Positions 1-10,537 of a DNA stretch of 64,000 bases are shown one piece after another. Under the pieces are notes generated by a model that was not told where the DNA came from, ran no database searches, and saw nothing but the letters and a program-made list of their open reading frames with translations. This DNA is from an uncultured Hormoscilla sp. (GTDB lineage: Bacteria > Cyanobacteriota > Cyanobacteriia > Cyanobacteriales > Desertifilaceae): contig OZ001293.3 of NCBI GenBank assembly GCA_963921275.4, positions 128,001 to 192,000 of the forward strand, read 5' to 3'. A program made the translations under genes and the position numbers. How positions within the stretch are numbered: position 1 is the first letter of the stretch; every line of letters starts with the position of its first letter.

Positions 1-395
1 TACTTCCTAGGGTGAAGTCTTCAATGACGTTCAAACCTGAATGCCCAATGACGAAAGTGTCTTTTCCAGGGCCACCGAAGAGAAGGTCATCCCCTGACTC
101 ACCCGCAAGCAGGTCATCTCCAGAGCCACCTAACAACCGGTCATTATCGTCTCCACCCAAGAGACTGTCATTTCCCCCAAAGCCTTTCAAGGTGTCGTTT
201 CCTCCATCCCCGGCGATCCAATCGTTGCCCACATTCAGATTCACAGGGTAGTCAGGTCCTTGAGTCAGGGAAACCTTATCACTCCTGGTGATGGCATCAT
301 CTTCATTGCCCCCAATGATTACCGTGCCATCTATACCTGCCACCTTCGCCACCAACAGAGTGGCTTTGATAATGCCCCGATAACCACCAGCCCCA
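1..395 (-). pseudogene. Copy of the 3' RTX tail of the lipase gene (array unit 5, runs off window)
   Basis: Near-identical to about 4470-4888; no own start context. Confidence 0.85.
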
Positions 396-456
396 CCAAG
401 CCCACTCTACTAAAGATTTTTATTTCACTGTCTAGGTACGTGGTAACTGATAACTG

Positions 457-912
457 CTAACTGTTTCCGCTCCTTTTCGCTATGAAGGCAATGTAAATAG
501 CAAAGGCTATAAGTACTCCGTGGTAGGCAAGTCTAGCAATAAAAAAGAAAGAATAATTTACATTTCCTATATAGCCAAGATTACCATATCTTCCAGGTTT
601 TCCTGCCAAAATAGTCTCATAGAAGTAGCCCCCCTTGGCGCCATCGCCGTTGTCTCCCACATTAAACAGTATGGCAACAATCAGAGTAATCACCATCAAC
701 TTTAGGTAAGTCCAAAGTGATTCCATGGGGATGTAGGCTCCGGCTCTGAAAAAGCAGCCAATTAGAGGAATCAAGGGAGGAACTAAGAAGAGAGGGGTGC
801 TATATATATGAATTAAAGCAGACCATCCTTCAGATGCGAACAACAAGAGAACCCAGTTACCAGTAGAGTAGATTAGCAATAGAAAAGCAATAAGTAATAA
901 ATTGACCTGCAT
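457..912 (-). CDS. Small 4-TM membrane protein, array copy 4 (candidate immunity protein)
   Basis: 151 aa, four hydrophobic stretches, AAGGAG RBS; paralog of the copies at 1704, 2526 and 3725. Confidence 0.8.
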   Translation of the reverse strand: MQVNLLLIAFLLLIYSTGNWVLLLFASEGWSALIHIYSTPLFLVPPLIPLIGCFFRAGAYIPMESLWTYLKLMVITLIVAILFNVGDNGDGAKGGYFYETILAGKPGRYGNLGYIGNVNYSFFFIARLAYHGVLIAFAIYIAFIAKRSGNS

Positions 913-996
913 ATTTAACTCCTTTCAATTCAGCTTTATCTTTAATAAGAAGGGTAGGGGTAAGGCTAACCTCAGCCCCTACACAACCCTCTATAA

Positions 997-1633
997 CTAG
1001 ACCACTACAACCGAATCTATGTCGGAGTAGGGGACAAAGAGATGGTCTTCCAGGTCAGAAGAACTGATGTTTCTGACCAAGCCGAGAGAATCACTCCCAG
1101 AGCTGATAAGAGTACCCCTGTTATTCACCGTTCCTCCTCTGAATGGATAGGAACTAACATCGGTGAAGGAAAGTTGGGAGTAGGTGAGACCTTCGGTGAG
1201 AGCGATCAGATCGGTCGTCCTTCCTAGGGTGAAGTCTTCAATGACGTTCAAACCTGAATGTCCAATGACGAAAGTGTCTTTTCCAGGGCCACCGAAGAGA
1301 AGGTCATCCCCTTCCTCACCCGCAAGCAGGTCATCTCCAGAACCACCTAACAACCGGTCATTATCGTCTCCACCCAAGAGACTGTCATTTCCCCCAAAAC
1401 CTTTCAATGTGTCGTTTCCTCCATCTCCGGCGATCCAATCGTTGCCCAGATTCAGATTCACAGGGTAGTCAGGTCCTTGAGTCAGGGAAACCTTATCACT
1501 CCTGGTGATGGCATCATCTTCATTGCCCCCAATGATTACCGTGCCATCTATACCTGCCACCTTCGCCACCAACAGAATCGGTTCATTGGTGGATTGAGTG
1601 GCTTTGATAATGCCCCGATAACCACTAGCCCCA
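997..1633 (-). pseudogene. Orphan RTX-tail copy (open 191-aa frame)
   Basis: GGxGxD nonapeptides; near-identical to 4252-4888. Confidence 0.85.
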
Positions 1634-1703
1634 CCAAGCCCACCCTACTAAAGATTTTTATTTCACTGTCAAGGTACGTGGTAACTGGTAACTGCTAACT
1701 GTT

Positions 1704-2141
1704 TCAGCTCCTTTTCGCTATGAAGGCAATGTAAATAGCAAAGGCTATAAGTACTCCGTGGTAGGCAAGTCTAGTAATAATAAAGGTAATATCAGCATTG
1801 GATACCTTGCCAGAGTAATCTCCTGATATTCTTCCCCAAATAGTCTGATAGAAGTAGTGCGATGGGCTACTACTACCTGAGTTTCCCACATTTAACAGTA
1901 GGGCAACAATCTGAGTAATCACCATCAGCTTTAGATAAGTCCAAAATAATTCCATGGGGATGTAGGCTCCGGCTCTAAAAAAGCGGCCAACTATAGGAAT
2001 GAGTATAGTGACCACGAACAGAGGAACGCTATATAGTTGACCGAAAATAGCCCATCCTCCAGATGTGATAATAAAGAGAACAAAACTACCGACAGAGTAA
2101 ATGAGCAAGAGAAAAGCAATCAGTAACAAATTGACCTGCAT
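1704..2141 (-). CDS. 4-TM membrane protein, array copy 3
   Basis: 145 aa paralog with the same RBS context. Confidence 0.8.
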   Translation of the reverse strand: MQVNLLLIAFLLLIYSVGSFVLFIITSGGWAIFGQLYSVPLFVVTILIPIVGRFFRAGAYIPMELFWTYLKLMVITQIVALLLNVGNSGSSSPSHYFYQTIWGRISGDYSGKVSNADITFIITRLAYHGVLIAFAIYIAFIAKRS

Positions 2142-2219
2142 ATTTAACTCCTTTCAATTTAGCTTTAATTAAGAAGGGTAGGGAACCGGGAACCCCAGCC
2201 CCTACACAACCCTCTATAA

Positions 2220-2464
2220 CTAGACCACTACAACCGAATCTATGTCGGAGTAGGAGACAAAGAGATGGGATTCCAGGTCAGAAGAACTGATGTTTCTGAC
2301 CACGCCGAGAGAATTACTCCCAGAGCTGATAAGAGCACCCCTGTTATTCACTGTTCCTCCTCGGAATTGATAGGAACTAACATCGGTGAAGAAAAGTTGG
2401 GAGTAGAATCGGTTCATTATTGGAGCGAGTGGCTTTGATAATGCCCCGATAACCACCAGCCCCA
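2220..2464 (-). pseudogene. Orphan RTX-tail copy with ~390 bp internal deletion
   Basis: GGGAGTAG|AATCGG join at about 2406 fuses parent positions ~4439 and ~4831 via TAG microhomology. Confidence 0.85.
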
Positions 2465-2525
2465 CCAAGCCCACCCTACTAAAGATTTTTATTTCACTGT
2501 CTAGGTACGTGGTAACTGATAACTG

Positions 2526-2969
2526 CTAACTGTTTCCGCTCCTTTTCGCTATAAAGGCTATGTAAATAGCAAAGGCTATAAGTACTCCGTTGTAGGCAAG
2601 TCTAGTAATAATAAAGGGATGATTTGGATTGGATACCTTGCCAGAGTAATCTCCTGATATTCTTCCCCAAATAGTCTGATAGAAGTAATACGATGAGGTA
2701 CTACCTGAACCTCCCACATTAAACAGTATGGCAACAATCAGAGTAATCACAATCAACTTTAGATAAGTCCAAAGTAATTCCATGGGTATGTAGGAAGAGG
2801 CTCTGAAAAAGCGGCCAACTATAGGAATCAAGGGAGGGACTAAGAAGAGAGGAGCGCTAAATACATGACCTAAAGCAGGCCATCCTTCAGTTGTGATGAA
2901 CAAGAGAACCCAGCTACCAGCAGAGTAGAGCAGCAAGAGAAAAGCGATAAGTAATAAATTGACCTGCAT
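2526..2969 (-). CDS. 4-TM membrane protein, array copy 2
   Basis: 147 aa paralog. Confidence 0.8.
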   Translation of the reverse strand: MQVNLLLIAFLLLLYSAGSWVLLFITTEGWPALGHVFSAPLFLVPPLIPIVGRFFRASSYIPMELLWTYLKLIVITLIVAILFNVGGSGSTSSYYFYQTIWGRISGDYSGKVSNPNHPFIITRLAYNGVLIAFAIYIAFIAKRSGNS

Positions 2970-3047
2970 ATTTAAATCCTTTCAATTTAGCTTTAATTAA
3001 AAAGGGTAGGGAACCGGGAACCCCAGCCCCTACACAACCCTCTATAA

Positions 3048-3663
3048 CTAGACCACTACAACCGAATCTATGTCGGAGTAGGGGACAAAGAGATGGGATT
3101 CCAAGTCAGAAGAACTGATATTTCTGACCAAGCCGAGAGAATCACTTCCAGAGCTGATGAGAGCACCCCTGTTATTCACCGTCCCTCCTCGGAATTGATA
3201 GGAACTGACATCGGTGAAGGAAAGTTGGGAGTAGGTGAGACCTTCGGTGAGAGCGATCAGATCGGTCGTACTTCCTAGGGTGAAGTCTTCAATGACGTTC
3301 AAACCTGAATGCCCAATGACGAAAGTGTCTTTTCCAGGGCCACCGAAGAGAAGGTCATCCCCTTCCTCACCCGCAAGCAGGTCATCTCCAAAACCACCTA
3401 ACAACCGGTCATTATCGTCTCCACCCAAGAGACTGTCATTTCCCCCAAAGCCTTTCAAGGTGTCGTTTCCTCCATCCCCGGCGATCCAATCGTTGCCCAG
3501 ATTCAGATTCACAGGGTAGTCAGGTCCTTGAGTCAGGGAAACCTTATCACTCCTGGTGATGGCATCATCTTCATTGCCCCCAATGATTACCGTGCCATCT
3601 ATTCCTGCCACCTTCGCCACCAACAGAGTGGCTTTGATAATGCCCCGATAACCACCAGCCCCA
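3048..3663 (-). pseudogene. Orphan RTX-tail copy (open 191-aa frame)
   Basis: Near-identical to 4252-4888. Confidence 0.85.
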
Positions 3664-3724
3664 CCAAGCCCACCCTACTAAAGATTTTTATTTCACTGTC
3701 TAGGTACGTGGTAACTGATAACTG

Positions 3725-4180
3725 CTAACTGTTTCCGCTCCTTTTCGCTATGAAGGCTATGTAAATAGCAAAGGCTATGAGTACACCGTGGTAGACAAGT
3801 CTAGCAATAAGAAAGGGAATCTCTGAATCGCACCCAGTTTTCGAGAGAAAACCATATTTCCCTGGTTTTCCTACCAAAATCGTCTCATAGAAGTAGCCCC
3901 CTCTGCCACCAGTCGTGGAGCCTCCCACATTAAACAGTATGGCAAAAATTAAAGTAATCACAATCAACTTTAGGTAAGTCCAAAGTAATTCCATGGGAAT
4001 GTAGGCTCCGGCTCTGAAAAAGCAGCCAACTATAGAAATAAAGGGAGGGACTACGAACAGAGGAGCGCTAAACATATGAAATAAAGCAGGCCATCCTTCA
4101 GTTGTGATGAACAAGAGAACCCAGCTACCAGCAGAGTAGATCAGCAAGAGAAAAGTGATAAGTAATAAATTGACCTGCAT
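3725..4180 (-). CDS. 4-TM membrane protein, array copy 1 (cognate position)
   Basis: 151 aa, directly downstream of the lipase gene. Confidence 0.8.
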   Translation of the reverse strand: MQVNLLLITFLLLIYSAGSWVLLFITTEGWPALFHMFSAPLFVVPPFISIVGCFFRAGAYIPMELLWTYLKLIVITLIFAILFNVGGSTTGGRGGYFYETILVGKPGKYGFLSKTGCDSEIPFLIARLVYHGVLIAFAIYIAFIAKRSGNS

Positions 4181-4251
4181 ATTTAACTCCTTTCAATTTA
4201 ATAAGAAGGGTATAGAACCGGGAACCCCAGCCCCTACACAACCCTCTATAA

Positions 4252-7023
4252 CTAGACCACTACAACCGAATCTATGTCGGAGTAGGAGACAAAGAGATGG
4301 TCTTCCAGGTCAGAAGAACTGATGTTTCTGACCAAGCCGAGAGAATCACTTCCAGAGCTGATGAGAGCACCCCTGTTATTCACCGTCCCTCCTCGGAATT
4401 GATAGGAACTGACATCAGTGAAGGAAAGTTGGGAGTAGGTGAGACCTTCGGTGAGAGCGATAATATCGGTCGTCCTTCCTAGGGTGAAGTCTTCAATGAC
4501 GTTCAAACCTGAATGTCCAATGACGAAAGTGTCTTTTCCGGGGCCACCGAAGAGAAGGTCATCCCCTTCCTCACCCGCAAGCAGGTCATCTCCATGGTTG
4601 CCTAACAACCGGTCATTATCGTCTCCACCCAAGAGACTGTCATTTCCTCCAAAACCTTTCAAGATGTCATTTCCTCCATCCCCGGCGATCCAATCGTTGC
4701 CCAGATCCAGATTCACAGGGTAGTCAGGTCCTTGAGTCAGGGAAACCTTATCACTCCTGGTGATGGCATCATCTTCATTGCCCCCAATGATGACCGTGCC
4801 ATCTATACCAGCCACCTTCGCCACCAATAGAATCGGTTCATTGGTGGATTGAGTGGCTTTGATAATGCCCCGATAACCACCAGCCCCAACTTGCCGGTTA
4901 TCCAGTATTTGGAACTGGTCTAACCTGAGGCTATCTACTGATTCGTAGGTGCTGGAACCAAATAACTGGCCCAATAAACTAGGCCGGTTAGGTCCGATGC
5001 CATGGGTCAAAAGGTGACCGTAAGTGCGCGGAACAAATTTATGTTCGTCTCCAAAATCTGCTAGTGAGTTGTAATGAACTTGAAAAGCCTCGTGAGCAGT
5101 TACAGCGTAGCCCTGATTGCCAGCAGCACTCCGGGCACCATTGAAAGCCCTGGAAAATTTGGCAACGGAATTGAGAGGCTGAGGTTCCTGGTCTCCTTCT
5201 ACCCTGCCATCCAGATCGTATGGCCTATTGCCAGAAATGGTAAGTGCTGAACCCGGGTCAAGAGCCATGATAGTCTCCACTCCGTAACCATTACCGGGAA
5301 TGACCGAAAGACCGTCCCGGTAGATTCTCCCGATTTCCGAAGCCACGTAAGACCCAAAGCTGTGACCCACTAAAATGAGGTCCGATGGATCCACGCTGTA
5401 TTCTTCCCGTAAAGCCCTGGCGGCGAACTCGGCAACCGGGGTAACCCAGGTAGCAGCAGGAAAATTGACCACACTAGGAATACCAGCTGACCGTGCCGCT
5501 TCTCGCCAATCCAATGCCAAGACCCGGTCCTGGCTATCTACCGTATCTGTCACCGTTTGAACCAGTTCAGCCAGTGAATCCTGAAAATCCAGGTTCCCAT
5601 TCCAGCCGTGGATCACCACCCAGGTTTTCCCGGAACTGCTGCCACTTTGACCTTCCCGGAAGCCAACGGCTCGAACAGTTGGGTCTTGCCTGAGATAGTC
5701 GCTATCCAGTGGATTATCTCGCTCCTGAGACAGGTTGACGTCGGTGCTACCTCCCCAAATAACCCCTTGGACAGGCAAAATTGCTGGGTCAAGGTAAGCG
5801 GGACGAGATTCCCGGGAAAGGGGTGGATTAAACGGTCCGGTCAAATCCGTGACAATATGAACCGGTTTATCCACACCAAAGTTGGATGAGTAGATCTGAA
5901 TCAAGTTGTCTTGCCGGTTGTAGCTCTTGACTTTCACCCTTCCCACAACATTTTCTTCCGGGTTATCCAAATCTACATAGTCACCGGGAAACTGGCTGAG
6001 AATGTAGTCTGCATCCCCATCGTCAGGGCTAATCAAGAAGGCATCACCTACGCTTCGCCATTGGGTTTCCGGTTCAAATGGGTCTAAAATGTCAGTGTCT
6101 CCTACAGTGACTTCCGGCCTTCGCCGCAGGGTATTATCCAGGGTGGAAAAGTCACCCATACCCCACCCACTAGTGCGGTTCGGGTCCCCAACCTGGCCAA
6201 ATGAATCTACAATTTGGATTCCTTTCCTCAAAACAATGGCATCATTGCCGTTGAAAATCCGATCGACGCTGGTCTGGTCCGACTCAATCAACAGCTCTCG
6301 AACTGCTTGGGTGTGAGAAATAGTGAACTTTCTCCCAATGGGAATGGAGCCGGTTAGCTTGATGCTATACTCAGGAGACAAACTGCCATTGGAGTAGATT
6401 TCAAGGCTAAAGTCTCCTGCTGCTAAGTCAATAGCTTCTGCGGATCCGTTAAAGAGTTCCAGAGACTTGTTCCAGCTTTTCCCCTCCTCATATTTGGAAA
6501 TAATTAACCCCAAGGGTATGGGAGGGAGTGTAGGGGCAATACCCAGGTAATTGATTGTACCCAATGCCAAACCATGCCATTCGTTGCTTGGGTTAAAAGG
6601 ATCGCTGGCAGAGGTATTGAGGGGAACATCAAATCGACGCCGGAGAGTATTGTCCTGGGTGGAGGTCAGTCCAGAACCCCACTCCGTTCCGGGATCTTGT
6701 CCGACCCGACCAATAGCGTCTATTTCGACTCCACCTTTAGCTAAAACTATAGCATCATTTCCGTTGAAGGCTACATATCCGTTGGTTTGGTCAGAAAGAG
6801 ATATAATGGCCGAGCTGGCTCGGGGATCGGCAATAACGAAAACTTCACCCGGCTGGACGAGCCCTTGGAGCTGGATTGAGCGAAACTCATTTTGACCATT
6901 ATGGTAGACCCGCAGTCTGTATTCACCGTCTTCCAGGTCGATAGCTGTTGGGCCATAATTAAACAGCTCGATGGCCTTATCCCAGCTCTCTCCCTCTACA
7001 TACTCTGAAATCAGCAATGTCAT
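4252..7023 (-). CDS. Protein with two lamin-tail domains, an alpha/beta-hydrolase (lipase) and an RTX Ca-binding tail; probably type I secreted
   Basis: Two ISEY.EG..KA.E / FNGNDAIVL / TLRR domains; IHGW, ALDW, GHSFG and LDPG lipase motifs; C-terminal GGxGxD repeats; no signal peptide. Confidence 0.85.
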   Translation of the reverse strand: MTLLISEYVEGESWDKAIELFNYGPTAIDLEDGEYRLRVYHNGQNEFRSIQLQGLVQPGEVFVIADPRASSAIISLSDQTNGYVAFNGNDAIVLAKGGVEIDAIGRVGQDPGTEWGSGLTSTQDNTLRRRFDVPLNTSASDPFNPSNEWHGLALGTINYLGIAPTLPPIPLGLIISKYEEGKSWNKSLELFNGSAEAIDLAAGDFSLEIYSNGSLSPEYSIKLTGSIPIGRKFTISHTQAVRELLIESDQTSVDRIFNGNDAIVLRKGIQIVDSFGQVGDPNRTSGWGMGDFSTLDNTLRRRPEVTVGDTDILDPFEPETQWRSVGDAFLISPDDGDADYILSQFPGDYVDLDNPEENVVGRVKVKSYNRQDNLIQIYSSNFGVDKPVHIVTDLTGPFNPPLSRESRPAYLDPAILPVQGVIWGGSTDVNLSQERDNPLDSDYLRQDPTVRAVGFREGQSGSSSGKTWVVIHGWNGNLDFQDSLAELVQTVTDTVDSQDRVLALDWREAARSAGIPSVVNFPAATWVTPVAEFAARALREEYSVDPSDLILVGHSFGSYVASEIGRIYRDGLSVIPGNGYGVETIMALDPGSALTISGNRPYDLDGRVEGDQEPQPLNSVAKFSRAFNGARSAAGNQGYAVTAHEAFQVHYNSLADFGDEHKFVPRTYGHLLTHGIGPNRPSLLGQLFGSSTYESVDSLRLDQFQILDNRQVGAGGYRGIIKATQSTNEPILLVAKVAGIDGTVIIGGNEDDAITRSDKVSLTQGPDYPVNLDLGNDWIAGDGGNDILKGFGGNDSLLGGDDNDRLLGNHGDDLLAGEEGDDLLFGGPGKDTFVIGHSGLNVIEDFTLGRTTDIIALTEGLTYSQLSFTDVSSYQFRGGTVNNRGALISSGSDSLGLVRNISSSDLEDHLFVSYSDIDSVVVV

Positions 7024-7069
7024 GTTATACCTTTGGTTTTGCTCTAATTTTTTTCACATACATATGTGA

Positions 7070-7370
7070 CTGTAATTGTAGCATAGATGGTAAAGGAGGT
7101 ATGATAAGGGATAGCTTCAACCTGGTCGTTAATAGGGATCCGGTGGTAGTCAAGCCGATCGCCGACCAAACGGCAAGCACAGGAGAAGATTTCTGCTTGA
7201 CAGTTCCTGGCGATACCTTTCATGACCCAGGATGGGTCGCCTCTACCGGACTGGTTGAGTTTTGAGCCAGCTACGGGTGAGTTTACTGGTACTCTTGGCA
7301 AGGTCGATATCAGCAGCATCTACATTACTGTTACAGCTGATGATGGTCGTGGCGGTGTCGGATCTAACCG
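7070..7370 (+). pseudogene. Cadherin-like/putative Ig domain fragment
   Basis: PIADQTA..F.LTVP.DTF.DP then, frameshifted, LPDWLSFEPATGEFTGT..ITVTADDG. Confidence 0.6.
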
Positions 7371-7838
7371 AGGATGAATGGCCGGTGAGGGTGCGCAGTT
7401 CCTGTCCGGTTTGGAGATCCCACAGTTTGATGGTATTGTCTCTACTGCCACTGACAAGAGTCTTTCCATCGGGGGCGATCGCTACGGACTTAACATTGTT
7501 TGAATGCCCGCTGAGGGTTCTGAAACTGCGATTATATAATATGTAATCATATACCTTGGCAAGACGGCGGTACACAGCCCGCGCTATCAAGTAAGCAATA
7601 AACAAAAGACTGCCTGCCATCAGCTCGATCGCAGTCCAGGAGGCAATTTCCCAGGGATTATAATCAGAAGTTTCAACTAGAATCGCGGGTTTATGATTTA
7701 AATAGGTGTTAATGGGAATACCCCACTTAAAAGTATTCACCTCCACCAAATTAGAACTATCCATCGAGTTAGGAATATCCGCCGAATTAGGATCTGACGC
7801 CACGATAGCACGACCCATACGGGGCGATCGCAATGACA
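7370..7838 (-). pseudogene. WD40-repeat protein fragment
   Basis: GHSNNVKSVAIAPDGKTLVSGSRDNTIKLWD; truncated, 5' end hit by a MITE. Confidence 0.7.
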
Positions 7839-7989
7839 GGGAGCATCTCACTTTTGCATTTTGGCATTAAACTCTGCTAATTGCGAATTTAGAATAGCGA
7901 AGGTCGAAAATAGTCCAATTTTCAATTTTCAATTTTCAATTTTCAATTCTCGATTCTCAATTCTCAAGAAGCAAAACTGGGATGCACCC
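7839..7989. mobile_element. MITE with GGG(A/T)GCATC TIRs
   Basis: TIRs gggagcatctca / tgggatgcaccc; 8-bp TSD CAATGACA. Confidence 0.85.
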
Positions 7990-8180
7990 CAATGACACAT
8001 TACTGCCCTAAAAAGCGCAGTTTATGACCTTTTGGAGTATATATCAATATTTAGCAAATGCCGATATAGGATAATTGTTAAGAATGCCACAGAAAGGATA
8101 AAAAAGTGTTCAATTGGCAATTGGTAATTTTGCCGATCTGATGGTATGATCGAAGCGGATGTGTGAGGTGTAATCTAACC

Positions 8181-8519
8181 ATGACAGAATTTCTAGATTT
8201 TCTCAAGCATAAATATGCTTATGTCGCGATCGGGGAATTCCAGCCCGGCAAGTTTGATGAGGCGAAGCAGTTGTATGAAAAAGCCGTAGCCACCTATGGC
8301 CAAGGCTTCGGTGGCTCCTATCTGCTGCAAGAACCGGGAACCGATAAAAACATCGCTATCATCTTTTGGTCAAGCTTAGAAGAGATGGAAGCTAATAAAA
8401 ATGATGTTCATGAGGCGATCGTCAAGGAGATATCCCATTTGTTGGTGGAACCAGCGATGACATCAGTATATGAAGTATGCAGTACCTTCGATTCTCCCCC
8501 AAGCCAGTTAGAAGCATAA
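8181..8519 (+). CDS. ABM-like (dimeric alpha-beta barrel) protein
   Basis: GEFQPGKFDEA...IAIIFWSS pattern. Confidence 0.65.
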   Translation: MTEFLDFLKHKYAYVAIGEFQPGKFDEAKQLYEKAVATYGQGFGGSYLLQEPGTDKNIAIIFWSSLEEMEANKNDVHEAIVKEISHLLVEPAMTSVYEVCSTFDSPPSQLEA

Positions 8520-8551
8520 CTTGACATAAGGCACTATATCTGCTTGAATTA

Positions 8552-8585
8552 AGAAACCAGGTTTTTCCAAAAAATCTGGTTTCTG
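8552..8585. repeat. Palindromic AAGAAACCNGGTTTT..AAAACCNGGTTTCT repeat (also ~27482, 48335, 57352, 59113)
   Basis: Dispersed intergenic palindromes, mostly near gene ends. Confidence 0.75.
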
Positions 8586-8616
8586 GGCTACTGATGAATC
8601 AGTATTCAAACCCAGG

Positions 8617-9061
8617 GAAAGACTAAAGTCTTTACTACGAACGGGGGAAAGACTAAAGTCTTTACTACGAACGGGGGAAAGACTGGGTGCATCTCAATGC
8701 ATGCGCTTTGGCAATAATTCTCGCTAATTGCTAATTGCTCCCTTGCATTTGGTAAACCTGAAAGTCCCGCACAGAGCTAGTTTTCTCAATCTATAAATTC
8801 TGAGAGCGCTCAGGTTCTCAAATCGGAAATCTCAATTCTCAAATAATCTTATTGCTTGTTGATTCGCAAATCACCAGATGCTCCCGAAAGACTAAAGTCT
8901 TTACTACGAACGGGGGAAAGACTAAAGTCTTTACTACGAACGGGGAAAAGACTAAAGTCTTTACTACGAACGGGGAAAAGACTAAAGTCTTTACTACGAA
9001 CAGGGGAAAGACCAAAGTCTTTACTACGAACGGGGGAAAGACTAAAGTCTTTACTACGAAC
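8617..9061 (+). repeat. Tandem 30-bp repeat GAAAGACTAAAGTCTTTACTACGAACGGGG (~8 units, split by a MITE)
   Basis: Direct inspection; no spacers. Confidence 0.9.
8685..8885. mobile_element. MITE with GGG(A/T)GCATC TIRs
   Basis: gggtgcatct...agatgctccc; 8-bp TSD GAAAGACT. Confidence 0.85.
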
Positions 9062-9085
9062 GACAACTCAATCAATGGCACTCTC

Positions 9086-10537
9086 ATGACATTAATACTG
9101 TACAATACTCTCACCCGCACAGAATCTCCCTTCTCTCCCCTATCACCTCCCCAGGTCCGCATCTATTGCTGTGGGGTCACGGTCTATGACTACTGCCATT
9201 TGGGTCACGCCCGATCCTATATAGTCTGGGATACCCTCCGCCGCTATCTTCAATGGCAGGGTTTTCAGGTACATTATGTCCAGAATTTTACTGATATCGA
9301 TGACAAGATTCTCAACCGGGCTCGCCAAACAGGTTCCACTATGCAAGCAGTGGCCGATCGCTTCACTCAGACCTATTTTGAAGATATGGCCCGCCTGAAT
9401 GTCCTGGAAGCTGATGAATATCCCCGCGCCACCCACGCGATCAATGGCATTCAGCGCTTGATCCGAGAGTTGGAACGGAAGGGCTATGCCTACCCAGCTG
9501 ATGGAGATGTATATTACCATGTACGCCAATATCCCCAATACGGTAAACTCTCCCGGCGTCAGCTTGCAGAACTGCAAGCCGGTGCTAGCGGACGGGTGCA
9601 GGTACCAGCCGATGAGGCCCAGAAGAAAAAAGACCCCTATGATTTTGCCCTCTGGAAGGCGGCCAAACCAGAAGAACCCAGTTGGCCTTCTCCTTGGGGT
9701 GCCGGTCGCCCCGGATGGCATATCGAATGTTCCGCCATGGTGCGCGATCGCCTGGGGGACTCCATCGACATCCATTGCGGCGGCGCGGATCTGATCTTCC
9801 CCCACCACGAGAATGAAATCGCCCAGTCTGAAGCTGCAATCGGTAAACCCCTAGCCCAATACTGGCTCCATAATGGCTTCGTGACAGTCAATGGCGAAAA
9901 AATGTCCAAATCCTTGGGCAATTTTACCACCATCCGTCAGCTGCTGGATGGGGAAAATGCTCCCGAACCAATGGCTGTCCGCTTGTTTGTCCTCCAGGGA
10001 CATTACCGCAAACCTATCGATTTTACTCCTGAGGCGATCGCCTCGGCCCAAAACAGCTGGGAAACTCTCAAAGATGGGTTGCTTTTCTGCCAAAAGTATG
10101 GTAAACAACTAGAATGGACTGAGACAGGGTCGGTGTTAAAAGAATCCGTTGTCAAATTTCAGATGGCGATGGATGACGATCTGAACACCCCTGGCGCTTT
10201 GGCCGTTTTGTTTGAACTGGCAAAAGAACTCAAGCGGGAGGGAAATATTCTCGTTCATGCCGGAATTACAGAAACCGACCTCCAAATACTCCAAGAACAG
10301 TGGTATACTCTGGTAAGCTTGGCAAAAATATTAGGTTTAGAAGCCGGTTTAGAGGAGGAAAAAATAGCAGCTGATGGTTTAACTGATGCCGAAATAGAAG
10401 CATTGATTGAGCAACGTTCTCAAGCTAGAAAAGCTAAGAACTTTGCTGAGAGCGATCGCATCCGCAACGAACTGCAAGCCCAAGGAATCACCCTGATCGA
10501 TAAACCAGGTGGCATAACTAGCTGGCACCGCAAATAA
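9086..10537 (+). CDS. cysS: Cysteine--tRNA ligase
   Basis: [32 protein letters not shown]; true start ATG at 9086. Confidence 0.98.
   Translation: MTLILYNTLTRTESPFSPLSPPQVRIYCCGVTVYDYCHLGHARSYIVWDTLRRYLQWQGFQVHYVQNFTDIDDKILNRARQTGSTMQAVADRFTQTYFEDMARLNVLEADEYPRATHAINGIQRLIRELERKGYAYPADGDVYYHVRQYPQYGKLSRRQLAELQAGASGRVQVPADEAQKKKDPYDFALWKAAKPEEPSWPSPWGAGRPGWHIECSAMVRDRLGDSIDIHCGGADLIFPHHENEIAQSEAAIGKPLAQYWLHNGFVTVNGEKMSKSLGNFTTIRQLLDGENAPEPMAVRLFVLQGHYRKPIDFTPEAIASAQNSWETLKDGLLFCQKYGKQLEWTETGSVLKESVVKFQMAMDDDLNTPGALAVLFELAKELKREGNILVHAGITETDLQILQEQWYTLVSLAKILGLEAGLEEEKIAADGLTDAEIEALIEQRSQARKAKNFAESDRIRNELQAQGITLIDKPGGITSWHRK

Noticed and set aside
12..4723. Repeated plus-strand ORFs (MRPSV.., MSQGN..)
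   Set aside because: Antisense shadows of the RTX tail copies
1..4888. Diversity-generating retroelement or assembly artefact
   Set aside because: No RT is present, variation includes indels and block swaps rather than adenine-only changes, and units carry distinct alleles
8617..9061. CRISPR array (also 17931-18045)
   Set aside because: Repeats are contiguous with no unique spacers, and no cas genes are present
8852..9085. N-terminal TKVFTTNG extension of CysS
   Set aside because: Translation of MITE and tandem repeat; the real start is 9086
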